Shown here piece by piece: positions 14,453 to 30,542 of a DNA stretch of 64,000 nucleotides. Position 1 is the stretch's first letter. Each line of letters begins with the position of its first letter. Where the stretch lies: assembly GCA_000182565.2 (NCBI GenBank), contig KQ257457.1; one strand, given 5' to 3'. This stretch comes from Spizellomyces punctatus DAOM BR117 (Eukaryota). The position numbers and the translations under genes were made by a program. Under the pieces are notes generated by a model that was not told the DNA's origin, did not search any database, and worked only from the letters and a program-made list of their open reading frames with translations.

Positions 14453-14887
14453 AGCAGTAGTACTCGAGTGGAAGATAGGGTATTTCCCAAATGTTTAAAT
14501 AGTTACACCGTGATTGAACTGTATCATAGCCAGTCTGCATAAGCCAACTAAATTACGATTAATTGTTATTTTGCAATACATAAGCGTTGGTCTAATTATA
14601 TTGCCCCAGACTGTGGCATAAAAGACTCGTCGATGCCAGGGAAACCTGCAAGGCGGAGGATTGTCCGCAACAGCACATTTGGAAACTAGACAGATTGTTG
14701 ATTCGTTGCTGCTCAAAAGCCGATAGCCGATGATTATGTCATGTCTAGATTCCAATTAGTCCTAATATGGTTTAATGAGTCTGGACAAACTTCGCGAGTC
14801 GTCGGACCTGTAACTCTGCCTCTCTAGGACGTAAAAGGGATCTGGCAGTCGCTTAGACTGAAATGCAGTCGCAGTTCAAGCGAAGCA

Positions 14888-17800
14888 ATGGGGAGAAAAG
14901 TCGTGTACAAGTTGGGATACAGCATTAAACCTGGGACAGCTCAAGGGAACCTACCAAAAAAGACACGAGGCCTACTACTTCAACTCCAACTGGCAGAGGA
15001 AAGTAAACAGTACGAAGAAGCAGACGCACTGCTGAACCAATTGGGCGATCTCTATGAGGAGGCTGAGGATATCCCCAAAACCATCGATATTGCAAAGCGA
15101 GAGCTCAGACTGGCCCTTGTGTTGTCAGGCACTGCGGCTCTGAAAACGAAGACCAGGTAATGCGTGCGGTGAACAGGGCTGTCGGTTCTGGTATAACTCA
15201 AGGCTTGAAAATCTTGCAGGGCCCTTTGTAGATTAAGTGAAGGTTACAGAGAGTAAGTCATTATTGTGTACACGAAGATGGGTATCGGGCTGACAGAAGG
15301 GTTATCTATGCAAGACTGGAGCAATTTCAGGCTGCGATAGATTACTCGAAGCAGTATATCGCAGTCGCACAAGAATTGAAAGATGAGGTTGGTTGGTTGG
15401 TTGCTCATCCGTGGGTTCTCCACCTTGATCTCGGTAGCTAACATGAACTTTGTGATGTTTTAATCAAAGAGCGAGCAACTGCACTCGTTCTTCCAATTAG
15501 CACTGGCGTACACCGCTCGATGGTAGAATATCTTGTTGTGGAGTGTCTACCCTGCTATGAAGCTTCTCATCAATTGCTTATGGGCTATAGGGAATCCAAT
15601 GAACAACTCCCTAATGATAACAAAGATGCAGAAAAGGCTTGGAGGCATGCCGCCGCCCTGGTGAAAAGTACGTGATGATGTATAGTGGACACGTCACCAT
15701 ACTGCGTTACTGATGTTGAGAAGATGTGCCTAAGGAAGCGAAGGAAGATGCCAAGGCTGACATTAACCTCAACCTCGGCATCACCTACAAACATGCAGGC
15801 GAATATGACAAAGCCATCCAGCACATGTCTAAGGCACTTGAGCATTATCGGAGACAAGGTTGTTGCGCACCGTGCAATTTGCCAACCACGCATTTGTTGA
15901 CGGCGTCATATGCAGGTAATCGAGCGCATGAAGCAAAAGCCTACTTCAATCTTGGGTCTTGCTACCATGAAAAGGGTGATGCGGAAGAAAGTATTCAGGT
16001 TGGTAGTAGCTTGAATTTAAGATCAAAAATGGTTCTGCCGGTTGATTTCCACATGTCGGTTGGTTTAGTATGCCCTCAAAGAGCAGCAGATTCTGCATAG
16101 TATGGGCGACGTAGTCAATGAAGCAAGGACATTTTGGGATATAGGTATTGATCTACTGCCTTTTTAGCATATAATAAGAAATTGTATCATTTACTCTTCA
16201 TCATCTAGCTCTACGCTGCAGAGAATATTGGCGGTATGGACAAGCCCTGGACGCACTCAGATCATACAAAAGTATGCACGTAGTCGCTATGAGTTTCTCG
16301 GGACAGAACTGAACTTTATATCATCGTACAGATCTATGTGAAGTGCTAGATGATGAGGATGGCAGAAAGGCCGCATTTGTAAGCGCTCAGCTACTTGTTC
16401 TCTATTACAATGCGCGCCAACCTAGAATGCTAACACACGACAATACCTCAGACCGCTATTAGAGAAGTCGAAGAGTGCATTTCAAAGCAGCAGCGTATTG
16501 AAGAGTTAAGTACTGCATTGATGCAACCGCATCAGCAGCAAGATTTGAGGAAATATTTCGATGTGCTGGGCGAACGTGGCGAACTTCTGCTGTGAGTATA
16601 TATGAACATGCGGCATCATCAGAGAACATGGTCTTAACTCTGCACCGTAGGAGCATTGGAAAGACCGCTCAATCAATTAAAGATTTCGAAGAACAGAAAC
16701 GACTGTCCTTTGCGCTCAAGCTATCTAAACAACGCTTGGAAAAGCTGCTATATCACCTGGGTAAACCAAAGAGGTCATGCAGTGCGAATTCTACTTATGA
16801 GCTCACTCCACTGTGAACCACAGGTCTATCTTATGCTGGAGAAGGAAGGTATCATGATGCCATCAGGGCGTATAGGGAGGCTTTGGATAAATTTGCGGGG
16901 GATAACCGAGAGCGACTTGCTCTATTGGTCAAGCTCGCAGACGCATACCATGAGACTGGCGCAGTAAGGATGCTTCACGATGTTGAACTCATCACAAAAC
17001 ACACTGACTCTATCGTTCTTAGTCTTATGATACCATTTCTCGTAGCTACGAAGATGTTGTCAAGCTGGCTCATAGACTATCTGATCTCGAGATTCAAAAA
17101 GAAGGGCTACATCAACTGGTTTGGATCAATCAAAAGCACCATTACGCTGCGAAAGCAGACGCGTACTCAGCACGATTGAAATATGTGGAAGATTTGCTAG
17201 AGAAAGCTCAAAACAGTGAAACGCCGGAAGACTCTTTTGATGTAGGTCTAAATATGCAACATGCTCTACATGAACTTTATCTGATAGCGAAGATGTGGTA
17301 GCCGGATTTAGGGTCTGCAGATCCGGATATGATGACTGACGCTGAGAGTGACTTGGAAAACGTTGGACCCCTAGATCGTTCACATGGGGCAAATTCAGCA
17401 GACATCAGCCACAAGCCATTGCAGTCACACCCGAGGAATGAATTACCAAGCCCACAGTTGCGAACAGCGCAGGTAAGGCGTGTGAATGCATTGTCACTTT
17501 CGGCAAGGCTGCTGGTTTCATTTGCGGCCGCAGCAAAGTACTGTAGCGAGTAATGCGAGGAAACAGAAAACCTCCAAGTACCAAATCCATACTATTGTAA
17601 GAAGTGTCCGCATCACCTGTAATTGGAACACTGGCTGATGTATCATCGATTAGGGAAACGAAATTGAGAGCGTCAACGAACAAATAAGCCCGGGCACTCT
17701 TCTCAAAGTGTCAACCTGTATCTCCCCTTCACGAAGTCCTGAGATCAAGCGAAAAGAGCAACCGCAAATGTGCGATAAGAAACATAGCATAAAGAAGCGG

Positions 17801-18848
17801 TTTGTATCCTGTTCTGATGAGCGCATGACGCCACTTCTGACGCTGTACTGCCAATTAAGCCTACGCATAGACGATTCGTCTTCTCCGCCCATACCACGAT
17901 TCGACCAACCCAATGATCTCGCGCCACTACCCCAATCGAACCGAACAAAATCGCGGCACAACCAAACACTGTCAACAATGCGGTCACCATTTCATCAACC
18001 AAGTAGTAGGTGCGACTCAAGCTCTTTTCTTACTATTTTGGACTTTCCTGAACTCATTTTTCGTAATATTGATAGCCCCACACAGCTACCTCCCCCGATT
18101 GATGTAAACCAAGGTATGTCACCTCGTCCATCAGTCATGAGACCTGCCTCCCAGAGCTCATATCAGATGCTACCATCAATCCACCATAGATACGTCCATA
18201 CGTCGCCCCTCAAAACCACGATCTCCGATAGTGATAATTGATGAAACTCCGGGGCGACAGATGTCTGTCAGCCCGGCCCCACGACTCTTATTCCAAGATA
18301 AGCTTCAACGTCGAGCGACAACGCCAGTCAACAGCATTCATCAGCGTACGCCAGGTAGTACTGGCAGCTCAGTCAAATCAACTACATCGGGAAGGTCAGG
18401 TCAGCAGGTACGTACTGAGCAGCGGTTGTTAGGTGGTCGTTTCCACTGGCTCATACTCTATGCAGAGTGTTGAACGACCGATGAAGATAAGGGTGGTGAT
18501 CAAAGATCCCCAAGAAAAGGATGAGATCTTCGCTATTTCGTGTCCAAATGGTCCAAATGGGACGCCAAAGACGATTGGATGGCTTATGGACGAAGCGCGA
18601 CGGCGATATAATGACATATATCATACCAAGGTGGGTCTGAACACTTGAAAGATTCTTGTCTCGTGGCGACAAACTCAAATCCTTTCAACAAGCCACCGAT
18701 ATTAAAGTTTGTTACGACGGACCCGGAAACAAGCGAAGAGGAGACATTGGGGAAAGAAGAAGTCATTTCACATATTCTTGTCAATAAGCAGAAAGTGATC
18801 GCTATCAAGGCACCAGGGACACCAGACACCCCCAAGTCAGGTAGCTAG
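14888..18848 (+). CDS. Tonsoku/TONSL-like protein: N-terminal TPR array, disordered middle, C-terminal ubiquitin-like domain; many small exons
   Basis: TPR units such as LLNQLGDLYEEAED, INLNLGITYKHAGEYDKAI, AYFNLGSCYHEKG, collinear with the TONSL N-terminus as recalled. C-terminal KIRVVIKD...IFAISCP...TIGWLMDEARRRY resembles the TONSL UBL domain. Confidence 0.7.
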
Positions 18849-19030
18849 CAAGTGGTAGAATATCTATTGTATATACACATCTATACTGCATTTTTGGGGA
18901 TCTGTCATAGTGCTGGGTGTACCTAATTACAGGGTGGCCGCTAATAATTTATATAAATTGTCACAAAACTATCCGGACAGCCGAGGGTCTAGCGGCAGCA
19001 TGTTTGGCACATCGAAGTAAGGTTGGCAAG

Positions 19031-22000
19031 CTATATCCCATCGGTTGCCAACAGCTTCAACATGCTCTGAACAACAGGCGCAGCAGATATATCTAAGCCT
19101 GGGTCCGCTATTTTTGCTTCAAGGCCCTTATCCAACAAAGTTCGCAAACCATTGATCAGTGCTGAAGTTGATAAGAAATTGAATGAGTTCCTCCACAACT
19201 TCCGCGTATGTCACTCGCGCAGATGCCAACCACTCACCAGCGATCCTTGCATATGCTTGAAACCTCCACTGTCGTCCTACTGACAATGACCGACCCTGGT
19301 GATCCACCTGCAGTTCCCCGCCAAACATGAGGAGGGGCCACGCGGAACATAGTGTCGTGTCTCGTAGAAATATTTTAGAAGTAGATATCTTTTGATGATA
19401 GACGATGAGAGGATCGTCAAACCGGTTGAGAGTGAAGTTGACGGACGCGGGATGGATAAAGACACGACCTAAGAAAAGTGATTATGAACATGGGAGCGAT
19501 TTTGGCAAGGATTGTCGTTATTGAACCTTACCGTCTTCGCTTGTATAAAACTTGACTTCCCGTGCTTTGGCAGCGATCGCCACGGACCCGTGTGCAGTTT
19601 GATCGTACTGTACTTCGGGAAGCTTGATGCGCGCCAAGTTGGGATATAAACCAGCCACTAATGTTGCTTTTACGATTCTACCGTTCGTGGAATTTGCATT
19701 CAATCCGTGGGATGGGTCATCAATGGCGCGGCTGTATGCTTGTGGTACGTAATTTAGATCGATGAGTATGTCAAGGTATTGACGACGCAGGTCCGATATG
19801 CTTGACAGGGTTGCAAGGGAGAGGAAGTTCTGAAAAATTATTTCAATCATTAGTAAACAGGACATGAATAAATCACTAGTTTGAACCTCACTTGCTCGCA
19901 GAACTCGCGCTCGGCGCGGTTTCCTTTCGACGCCACTTCTAGCCATGCATGGACAGCTCTACAATCCGTTAACCAGTCGCTCTTATCAGATGCAAAATGT
20001 TCCCGCGCACTATATAAGGCAGTCAATAGGGGTCGTCCCAGCGTTTAGAAAAGCAAGCCTACATACGCTCGAGCTTCGTCCCGCTTTGCCATGGGCGCAA
20101 GGAATGGACTTTTGCTGCTCATACATGCCGCGATGGTGAGAACAACATTCAGGCATTTGAAAATGGCTCCAAACAGTAAAATTTTGGCGATACGCAGGTC
20201 TGCCGGAATTGTTGCCTACATCAACGGTGAGTTTGCTGACAGGTAACATTAACGAGTTTTGCAAACTCGATGATGCTCTGCGACGTACCATATGACGTCC
20301 GAGGGCAGTAAGTCGATCATCGGTAGGATCTATCGCGGACACGTCGCGTAGCACTTTGAGTGCAGCTTCAATGTTGATTACTGCTGGCGGATTTATGGCC
20401 TGCACATGACGAAGATACGTCCGTTAGTAACGACTTGGATGTACCGCTCCGCCACGGTTGGAATACCTTGCCCAAAAAGGCTACAACATCCTCATTGCCC
20501 ATCGCCTTGACCTGTAGGCACAGCTGTTCTAATGGTAGTCGGACCATCTCAGGTTCCGAGTCGCTGGCCATTTTCGTTTGTTCAAAGTGCCTGGAGAATA
20601 GCTTATAGCAGTAGCCAGGTCGAACACGTCCAGCTCGTCCTCGGCGTTGCTTGCAGGAAGCTCGTGATGCCCACGTTTCCGTTAAAGTCAGTATGGTGCC
20701 ATTGAACTGCATCTCTTTAGAAGGAAATAATGTGAGCATTGGTTGACACAGCGTGAAAAACTATTCAGGAGATGCTACCTTTGACTTTTCCCGGATCGAT
20801 AACATATACAACGTCGTCGCTACGGATCGCGACGAGCAATGAGGATTATAGTCAGACGTACAGATTACCATGAAGCGATGAAAAGCACTCACATGGTAAT
20901 ACTCGTTTCCGCAATATTGGTGGCAATCACTACTTTGCGGACACCGGAGCGCATGGTCCGGAATACCATGGATTGCTCTTTACTCGTTAGATTTGCATGA
21001 AGTGGCATGATCTCAAGCCGTCCACAATGTCTTCCCACGTCATTTCGAAGGGTGTCCATGCATTTTTTAATTTCAGAAACACCCGGCATAAAGATCAGAA
21101 TAGCTCCGTCGTCATTTGCAAAGCTTTGACATATATGTCGAACTATCGCTGCTATCAGATCATAATTGATACTAGCATTGCCTTGATGGGCGGAGGTCAA
21201 TACATTGATGGCGCTTTCGTCTAATCCGTCCGCTTCGCATTTTTGGAACCATTCTCTATCGTTTTCGGCCTCTTCTTCTTCACGAGGTCCCTTCTTGCCG
21301 CGTGCGAGGTTGCCCATTACAGGTGTGTATTCTACATTCTTCAACACATCTTCCAGGTAGAAATCCCGAACGGGATGGGTAAACCCAGGAATTTCGAAAA
21401 CCGGTGCCCGTCGAAAGTACGAAGAGAATGTAGTGGAATTTACCGTGGCGCTCATCAGAATTAGTCTAAAGTCGGGCCGCCTGGGAAGTAAGTCACGTAC
21501 GATAATCAGCAGAAAGTCGCTGTCAACTGTAATAGCAAACGGGAAGTCAGTATTCGCCCAGCGATCACCAGCACCTTTGCACTCACCTCCCCGTTCGTGA
21601 ACCTCATCCACGATCAAATGCGAAATTCCGCTCAACATGGGATCGGAATGAGTCATTCGCAGCAAGATACCAGTGGTACAAAACATCAGGCGAGTATCAG
21701 CGGAACGTACGGTTTCGCCCCGGATGGAATACCCAACCGACATTCCAACCTTCTCACAGCGTTCTGATGCGACCCGTTCTGCTAGTGCAAGTGCACTGAT
21801 CCGCCTTGGTTGCGTACATATGATGTTGCAGGTTGAACCCCGCTGAGCATGTATCATGGCATCCAGGATGAATTGCCCAACTTGTGTAGATTTTCCACTA
21901 GATATTTTCGCTGAGCGCTGAAGCGATGCAAAATTACAGCAGTAACAGCTTACTCACCATCCTGTTTCACCGCATATAATCAATACTTGATTATTGGCCA

Positions 22001-24318
22001 GTGCCTGAGAGCGGCACTGATTAGACCAGGCTCTTTCAGTTCACCTTAACGACATGCCACTCACATCCATGATTTGATTTTTGTACTTGAACGACGGCAG
22101 TTTTTCTCTATATGCAAGCATTTTCTGGTACTCTGCAGCCCCGCATTTGCTCGCAAGCGCATTTTTCAGTTTTTGACTTAGCTGTGGGTCATCAGCCAGC
22201 CGTTTTGGCGTCTTCTTCACTTTAGGAGCTCTGACGTGCTGGCTCTTTGTATGTGACGTCGGGAGTGGCGCATCCGCGGATGCCAACAGCGAATCGTGTT
22301 GTCGATCGCTGTCTGCTTGCAATGCGACACCCACCGCTATTGTTGTCAAAGGCGGAGGCGTTGCTACTAGACGAGGCAGATTATCTTCAAGCCAAGCCTC
22401 CAGTGCGAAAACCATTGGAGAGCCAAGCATTTCAACTGCTTGCTGGCCCAGTTCCCGCATGGCGCTCAACCGTATATAGGCTGGAAGTTTCTCATTCCGC
22501 AAAACTAGGCCCGGCGTCTCGAACGGATATCTTGATGGTCGGGGAAGCCAGATTTCGAGCGTACTGCGTCCAGGGACATCTCCGATTTCGAACAGTATGG
22601 AGTACACCGTACCTTGCTCCGATTGCTCGTGACTGAAATGGGCATTAAAAATTGAGTCCAACGCCTGCACTTCCTCGTCAACCATAACCGCAATCTCAGC
22701 CTCCCCATAACTCAAGCCATCCTCCGATACATGACATTCCTCTGTAACATCCACTAATTTCCGCGATAATGACACCAATGCCGTCGTCTCCCTCCCTTCA
22801 TGAGCGTCTAAAACCTCTTCACAAAGTTTTCTCGAAAATCCAGCAGAAGCCAGACGTTTCACCGCGTATTCACGGGCTAGACTGGTAGAAGTATGTCGTT
22901 GGGCGTTGATTTCAGGAGACACATCGGGAAGGAATTGGGATGGTAGATCTGTTGGGTTGTTTAGCTTCCTTGGCCCGAGCCAAATAGAGAGATCAGTTAC
23001 TCACCATCCTCAGGAACGTGGATACAGAGCCTGAAGAACAAAAGAGTTATTTAGCCCAAAATATCTCTGTGGGTGATGATCGAAAATCTTACCAGTTTAA
23101 GGCGCTGGCATGATCGGTGCAGAAATTTAATGCTTCGTCTACATGTGCTGGTCGAAAACCCAGCTTTATTAGAGACTTTTTGATGTGCAATGCCGGTTTG
23201 ACCTATGGGTGCGAGTACGTTAGGAACAGCGGTTTCCATGAACTTGTCGTATTGCTGAAGGATCATCGCATCACCTCCGACTTTGTGTCCCCATTTTCCG
23301 CAAGAACAGCTTGATTCGCTCGAATCAAATCTTCAACCATCTGTCGGTTCTCAGCTGACATATGGACGACAGGATAGGACTCCCATGGGGCCTTGGGCTG
23401 CTCTGCAGCTTTCGCCGCAATCGCCGCACGACGCTCCGTATCCGCCCTTTCCCGTGCTTCGATAGCTGCAAAAGGATCAGAGGCATACTCATATTGTGCA
23501 AGGGAAGGATCCAGCTTTTTTCGTCCTTCGTCGAGCTCCAGCCAAAAATCCCGCGGTCCCGGCGGAAGGAGACGGTGAATGGACATATGAGAGCAGACTT
23601 TGTGAAGGGCGTATGTGGCGGCATACTTTCAATGGACACAAAAAGGAGATGGTCAGCGTCATATTGGAGAACAAATGGCTCCTGGGTTCCCTTACATGTT
23701 TGGCTTCCCCAGATTCTGGATAAAAGTTGCCAAATGGGCAATATGTAATGCGTTTGACCTCTCGTGTTTTCTTATCTTCTTTGCCAATTGTAATGATACA
23801 TTGAAAACCTTTCGCTTTTTTCACCTGTGCATACTATTGAGCACCGCGGGGTGATGGTTTTACCTGATCGGCATCGTAAGCTCACCGTATTGAATTGCGG
23901 TTTCTCCCATCCCGTTTTCTGGCAGTGTTCATACAATAAGCTAACTGGGGTCTTTCCCGTCTAATAGTTAGCACAACAACTCGGTGTCAATGCATATTTC
24001 AAGATTATACAAAAGGACATGCTAAAATAGTACCCAACTGCCAAATAGCTGTCTCTTTTGACTTATGGGTGGAGGTTCAGTAGCACTCTCATTTTTGCCT
24101 TTTGAGTTTGCGCTCCGGGACTGTTTTCCCTTCGACCCCGTTGCACTGGCTGTATTAACTGTAGCACTACCCTTTCCGCCGCTGTTCTTACCCGCACTAC
24201 TCTCTAGTGGTGTTGCATACAGCGTAAGTTCCAATTGCCTCACAATTGGACAATGCAAATCCAGTCATCCATAAAATGTTCTAATACCATTTATGCTTCC
24301 TTTCGACGATTTTCCCAT
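19031..24318 (-). CDS. DEAH-box RNA helicase, DHX57/YLR419W-like, with UBA-like and RWD domains
   Basis: GETGC/GKSTQ, CTQPRRISA, DEVHER, LMSAT, ATNIAETSIT, QRRGRAGRV, HA2/OB-fold C-terminus; RWD YPFETP motif. ATG at 24318 (MGKSSKG) is inferred. Confidence 0.9.
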
Positions 24319-24534
24319 GTCTATACACTTATATCTAAACTATGCTGCTGTATGCCGACAGATTCCGGAAAGTGTCATGCAAAACCACAGAGCATGATCT
24401 CTGGGCAACAAAAACCTTGAACTTACAAGATCGCGCCTGAAACGTCAAGGTTGGCTTAGTCACATGCTCCGTTCCTGTGTTGAGGCAAGACTCTTGTCAC
24501 TTGGCTTGAATATTGGAAAGACATTTAACACAGC

Positions 24535-25600
24535 ATGCCTCGAACCCGTACAAGAAGAGCTACCGACTTTTGGGAAGGAGAGTCCTCAGATGATGAGCAG
24601 TACTCATACCGTGAGAAAAAGCTTGAAGAACTCGAAAACCCATGGGTAGCACCCGCCGCCCTGACACCCGTAGAACCCCCAAAGAAACCAGTCGCACTTC
24701 CCCCACGAGTTTCCTCACTGCCCACTCCTCCTCCCGGGAGCCCCACTTCACCAAAGTCAGCATTAGGGAACCCTTGGACAGATGGCGTTGATACAAGTGC
24801 CGGTGATATCGGAATATTGGGGAACTTTCATGCAGAGCCGGTGGATATGTCAGAGGAACATGATTTGGAAGAGACTACAGAAAATGAGGTGGTGGGACGG
24901 ACGAAATCATCTGGGATTGAGGACAGCTCGCGAGGGAGCTCATCTAGAGTCGTATCAGCGGAAGAGGCATGGCAAGCCGCTCACGGAAGCATACCTGTAA
25001 TAGCAACATCGGGATCAATTCTGAATGAAACCCCCAATGACGATCCATGGGATTTACTGGCTTCCAGTACAAGTGCCACTGCGGCCGATCAACCAACGAA
25101 GCAGGTTTCGGGAAGTGCAGATGACCTATTGGCCTTCCTATCTGGCGATGTTGATAACAAAGCAAAACAAGCGGACGAAGTAGTTAGAAGGGATGTGAAT
25201 AGTGTAGAAATGGCTATAAAGCAGGAATTAGTGGAAGACATGTCGAGAACCACATTTGGAGCCGCATTGGCTGCCGAACCGTCAATGCTGGAACGGGATG
25301 CGGACGCAGAAGCCCTTATACGGTAAGTCTAGCATGAACGTTCGAGTGTTTATATTCATTTTCTCACTTGCTAAAAATGCGCCGATGTGTAGGCAAGTTG
25401 TCCAACTACAAAAAGGCCTCCGAACAAAAGTCAACCGAGTGGTTACTTCGAAATCAGAGTACTCAAAACAGCATTCCGAAAACCAGGTACTTCATCAATA
25501 CATTTCAAACTTGATGGCTGCTACCCGAAAGATGGAAAAAGATAAAGAAGCTGGAAAAACTGAAAAGGCCCCAAAAAGAGGAAGACGACTGTTTGGATAG
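24535..25600 (+). CDS. Short coiled-coil protein (SCOC/UNC-69/Slo1-like, DUF2205) with a long acidic disordered N-terminal extension
   Basis: Spliced C-terminus LIRQVVQLQKGL...HSENQVLHQYISNLMAA matches the SENQVLxQYIxNLM signature. Intron 25323-25392. Confidence 0.75.
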
Positions 25601-25795
25601 CGGATAGCCTCGTCTTGGTTGCCTTCGTGTATATATTTGTAGCATAATTAAGTTAGTAGCATTCAATGCAAATTTCTTTGTGAGTGATCTTGACAGTATT
25701 CGACACAGTAGCAAGGTATTTGCTGAGAAGTAAAACCCGCTGGACAGTACATGGAAGAAGGGCACGTACACCGATACACAGTATTGCAACAGCAT

Positions 25796-26345
25796 CTAAA
25801 AATAAGGCTCTTCAACAGTCACAAAGAAATGTACATAGCCCAGAATTGTGCCATAAACCAACAATCCTCCCGTAAAGGACAGTATCATGGCTTCGAAAGC
25901 AATCTTGTTTGCATGTGCTAGAACCACGGGAAGACCTGGAATATACCAATACACCAATTGGTCACCGACAGACATTGGCAAAAGCAATAACATCACTGTT
26001 GACTTACCAAAACCGGAAACTACGAAAAAGGCTGTAATAAAGTATCCGGCCTCCAAAATACCTCTAGGGAAAGACCACACACAACGATCAATAATGAGGC
26101 CAATACAGATTTAGGCAACTTTAAAGAACGAAAACGCACCTATGATCCGAGGAGTCCGCCCATATATCTCTACCCCCACCTTGCGCAATCCTCTGACATA
26201 GCATATTAGGTATGGGAGCGAGCACGTACGTCAACACAACCAACAGTGGCAGCCAGTTCTCATATAGAGCACAAGAGAGGATGACGAGAAGTATGCCCGT
26301 TGCCAGGAGGAAGGCTAGGCCTATTATTGTTTTCATTCCCGCCAT
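25796..26345 (-). CDS. VPS55: Vacuolar protein sorting 55 / LEPROT family four-TM protein
   Basis: MAGMKTIIGLAFLLATGILLVILSCALYENWLPLLVVLTYVLAPIPN; YFITAFFVVSGF; LPVVLAHA. Confidence 0.92.
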
Positions 26346-26730
26346 TCTTTGTTTGGTGTCGCAGACTGGAAGCGTTGGGATGATAAATCTACGTACATGA
26401 TATTTGTAAATGATAAGGACCAGTGGATTAGAGCCCACTTTAGCTCACTTTAATATTGAATCTGCTACTGAGAGCCTACGCAAAAGTTCTTGCGGAAATG
26501 TCAGGTGTAGATGGCTGCAGGACGTTACAAGATAAAAGCTGAACAGACCTTGCGCGGCCATGATGACCACAACGTGAACTAAGCCACCGAATGGTTTGTG
26601 ATATGATGTGGTATTTGAAAACTAGAAAACGATATGGGCAAGAGAGCTACATATCTATAAAGCCAAAAATTTGGCAAAGACTCATACATGGGAAGTCCAA
26701 TTCCCATAGGTATACATTAGCGATTAAACG

Positions 26731-28180
26731 CTATCCATCAGATATGCTGCTGTACTCATCAGACAGATCATCCTCGGTTTTAACCGATTTCTCTGGATCA
26801 TCTTCAGCCATTTCCTCTTTTTGATCTGAAGAGTCAGCGATTTCCTTCTTCATGAGATGTTGGCTTAATAACTGTAAGAAAAACGGATCAGTTTTGAATC
26901 CACAGCTCAGAACCCATTGGACCTTACAGAGTTCATGCCAAAGCCGCTGACTCTGTCCGTCTTGAAAACTTTTTGCAGGGCCGCATCGCACAGAATAAAT
27001 TTGCGATTGCTAGGGTCCTGCAAGTCGTTGCCTTTGACATAATCCCAAATGCCTTTGACTACTTGGGGCCTGGGCAATTCAGACTTGCCTAGCAATGCCG
27101 CCAGCTCCGGACTTAACAACCAAGGCCGATGGAAGGCATTGTTTGTTCGCGCTAATCCATTGCCCGATTTTCGCGCCTTTTTCGCTCTTGGTTTTGGCGA
27201 TTTGACCTTTTCAACCTCAGAATCACAGAGGTCATCGTCGTCCTCCACGCTCCCAAAAGTTCGTCCGCCCACAACCTCATCACTCTTCATCATGTGCTTG
27301 GACAGAATCTTATTCATTCCAAACATTCCAACACGTTGTCTAGATCCAAACACTGGCCGGAGGGCGTCGTCTACTAGGATATATCGCTTGTCATTTGGAT
27401 CTTGCAGGTCATGTTCTTTGATGTAAGCCCAGAGTAATTTGACGACTGTATGACGAGGCATCTCAGTTGCACCGCCAACAAAGGTAGAGAGCGCGGGACT
27501 CAGGACAACAGGACGGGTAAAAGCGGAAGGTTTCGATGATGCTCGTTTTGCGGTAGACTTTTTCTTCGTGGAGGGTGTTGACGCAGTACCGGACCTTCGG
27601 GTGCGTCGATTTGCGGTATCTTCCTCTCTTTGCAATTGTCGTGCGAGCTCTTCATCTCCTGCTGTTGCTTCCAAAGACTCTGTGTTATAATGCCAATGGG
27701 TCAGCATCTAATGATTTGTGTGCAGGTCGGCGGACGATTTCTCCAGGGACCTGTCTCACCTTCCAACTCATCCTCGTCCGAGAACACAAAGTCTTCTGAC
27801 TTTACCTTTTTCCTCGATCCATTGACATCTGCTCCATTTTTCCGCTTCACTGGTACCGGCTTGTCAGGGGGCGGTGACAAAAATGTTTTCAAGTCCTCCT
27901 GCTTGACCTTTTGCTCCTCTTTTACTTCGTCTTTGGACTTCTCCTCCTTTATGCTTTCGTCCACCATCTCGCCCACCTCGTCGTTTTCATCCCCCCGTTC
28001 CAGCTCATCGAGAATATCCAGAATACATGCGTCGACCTCCTTTTTCCACGGTGAAAGGTCGACATTGTACTCTTGTTCAAGTTGTCTTCGTACGCTTTTG
28101 GCAGTGGTTGTATCGAGGTCGGCGTTGCTGAGAATATCGCGGATGCGAACAGAGTATTTGGCAAGATTGAGCTCTGACAT
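26731..28180 (-). CDS. DEK-C plus tandem SWIB/MDM2-domain protein (UAF30/Spp27/Tri1-like)
   Basis: N-terminal IRDILSNADLDTTTAKSVRRQLE (DEK-C), DEELARQLQ, and two SWIB repeats (LSPALS...VVKLLWAYIKEHDLQDP; LSPELA...VVKGIWDYVKGNDLQDP). Confidence 0.88.
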
Positions 28181-28613
28181 TTTACAACATCATGTGGTAG
28201 TCTGTACCAGGTTGAGACAATTGCGCGAAGCGGAAGTGCAATATCCCTCACCATTGTAGTCAGCAGGAGGTGATACATTTATGTTCACAGATTTCAAAAT
28301 AAAGGTTCGTGATAGAATAAAATCTTATAACCGATGATACCTGAACAGTCCGAAAAGTCCGAAACAGCGCGTTCTGAAAAGCGACGCGCGACTGCAAATC
28401 GCAAGGCCCACCCAGTGCCCAGAGGGGTTTTAGAGGGGTTTATTCTTTCAGACCCTCCTTTCTTTCCTCCGCTCCTTATATATTGGGCACATCTTTTCCT
28501 CCCCGCTTCTCTCATCTCTCATCACTTGCTTCCCACATTCTACCCCTCTCCAACGTCGCCCACTCTCGTTTTATCGCGACAATCTCACTTTTTCAGTCCT
28601 TTTTTTTGAAATC

Positions 28614-30542
<1,929 letters not shown>

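Noticed and set aside
17800-17870. GTATCCT as a minor-spliceosome (U12) donor in the TONSL-like gene
   Set aside because: Lacks the full GTATCCTT consensus and a U12 branch site; an ordinary GT donor lies a few bases upstream.
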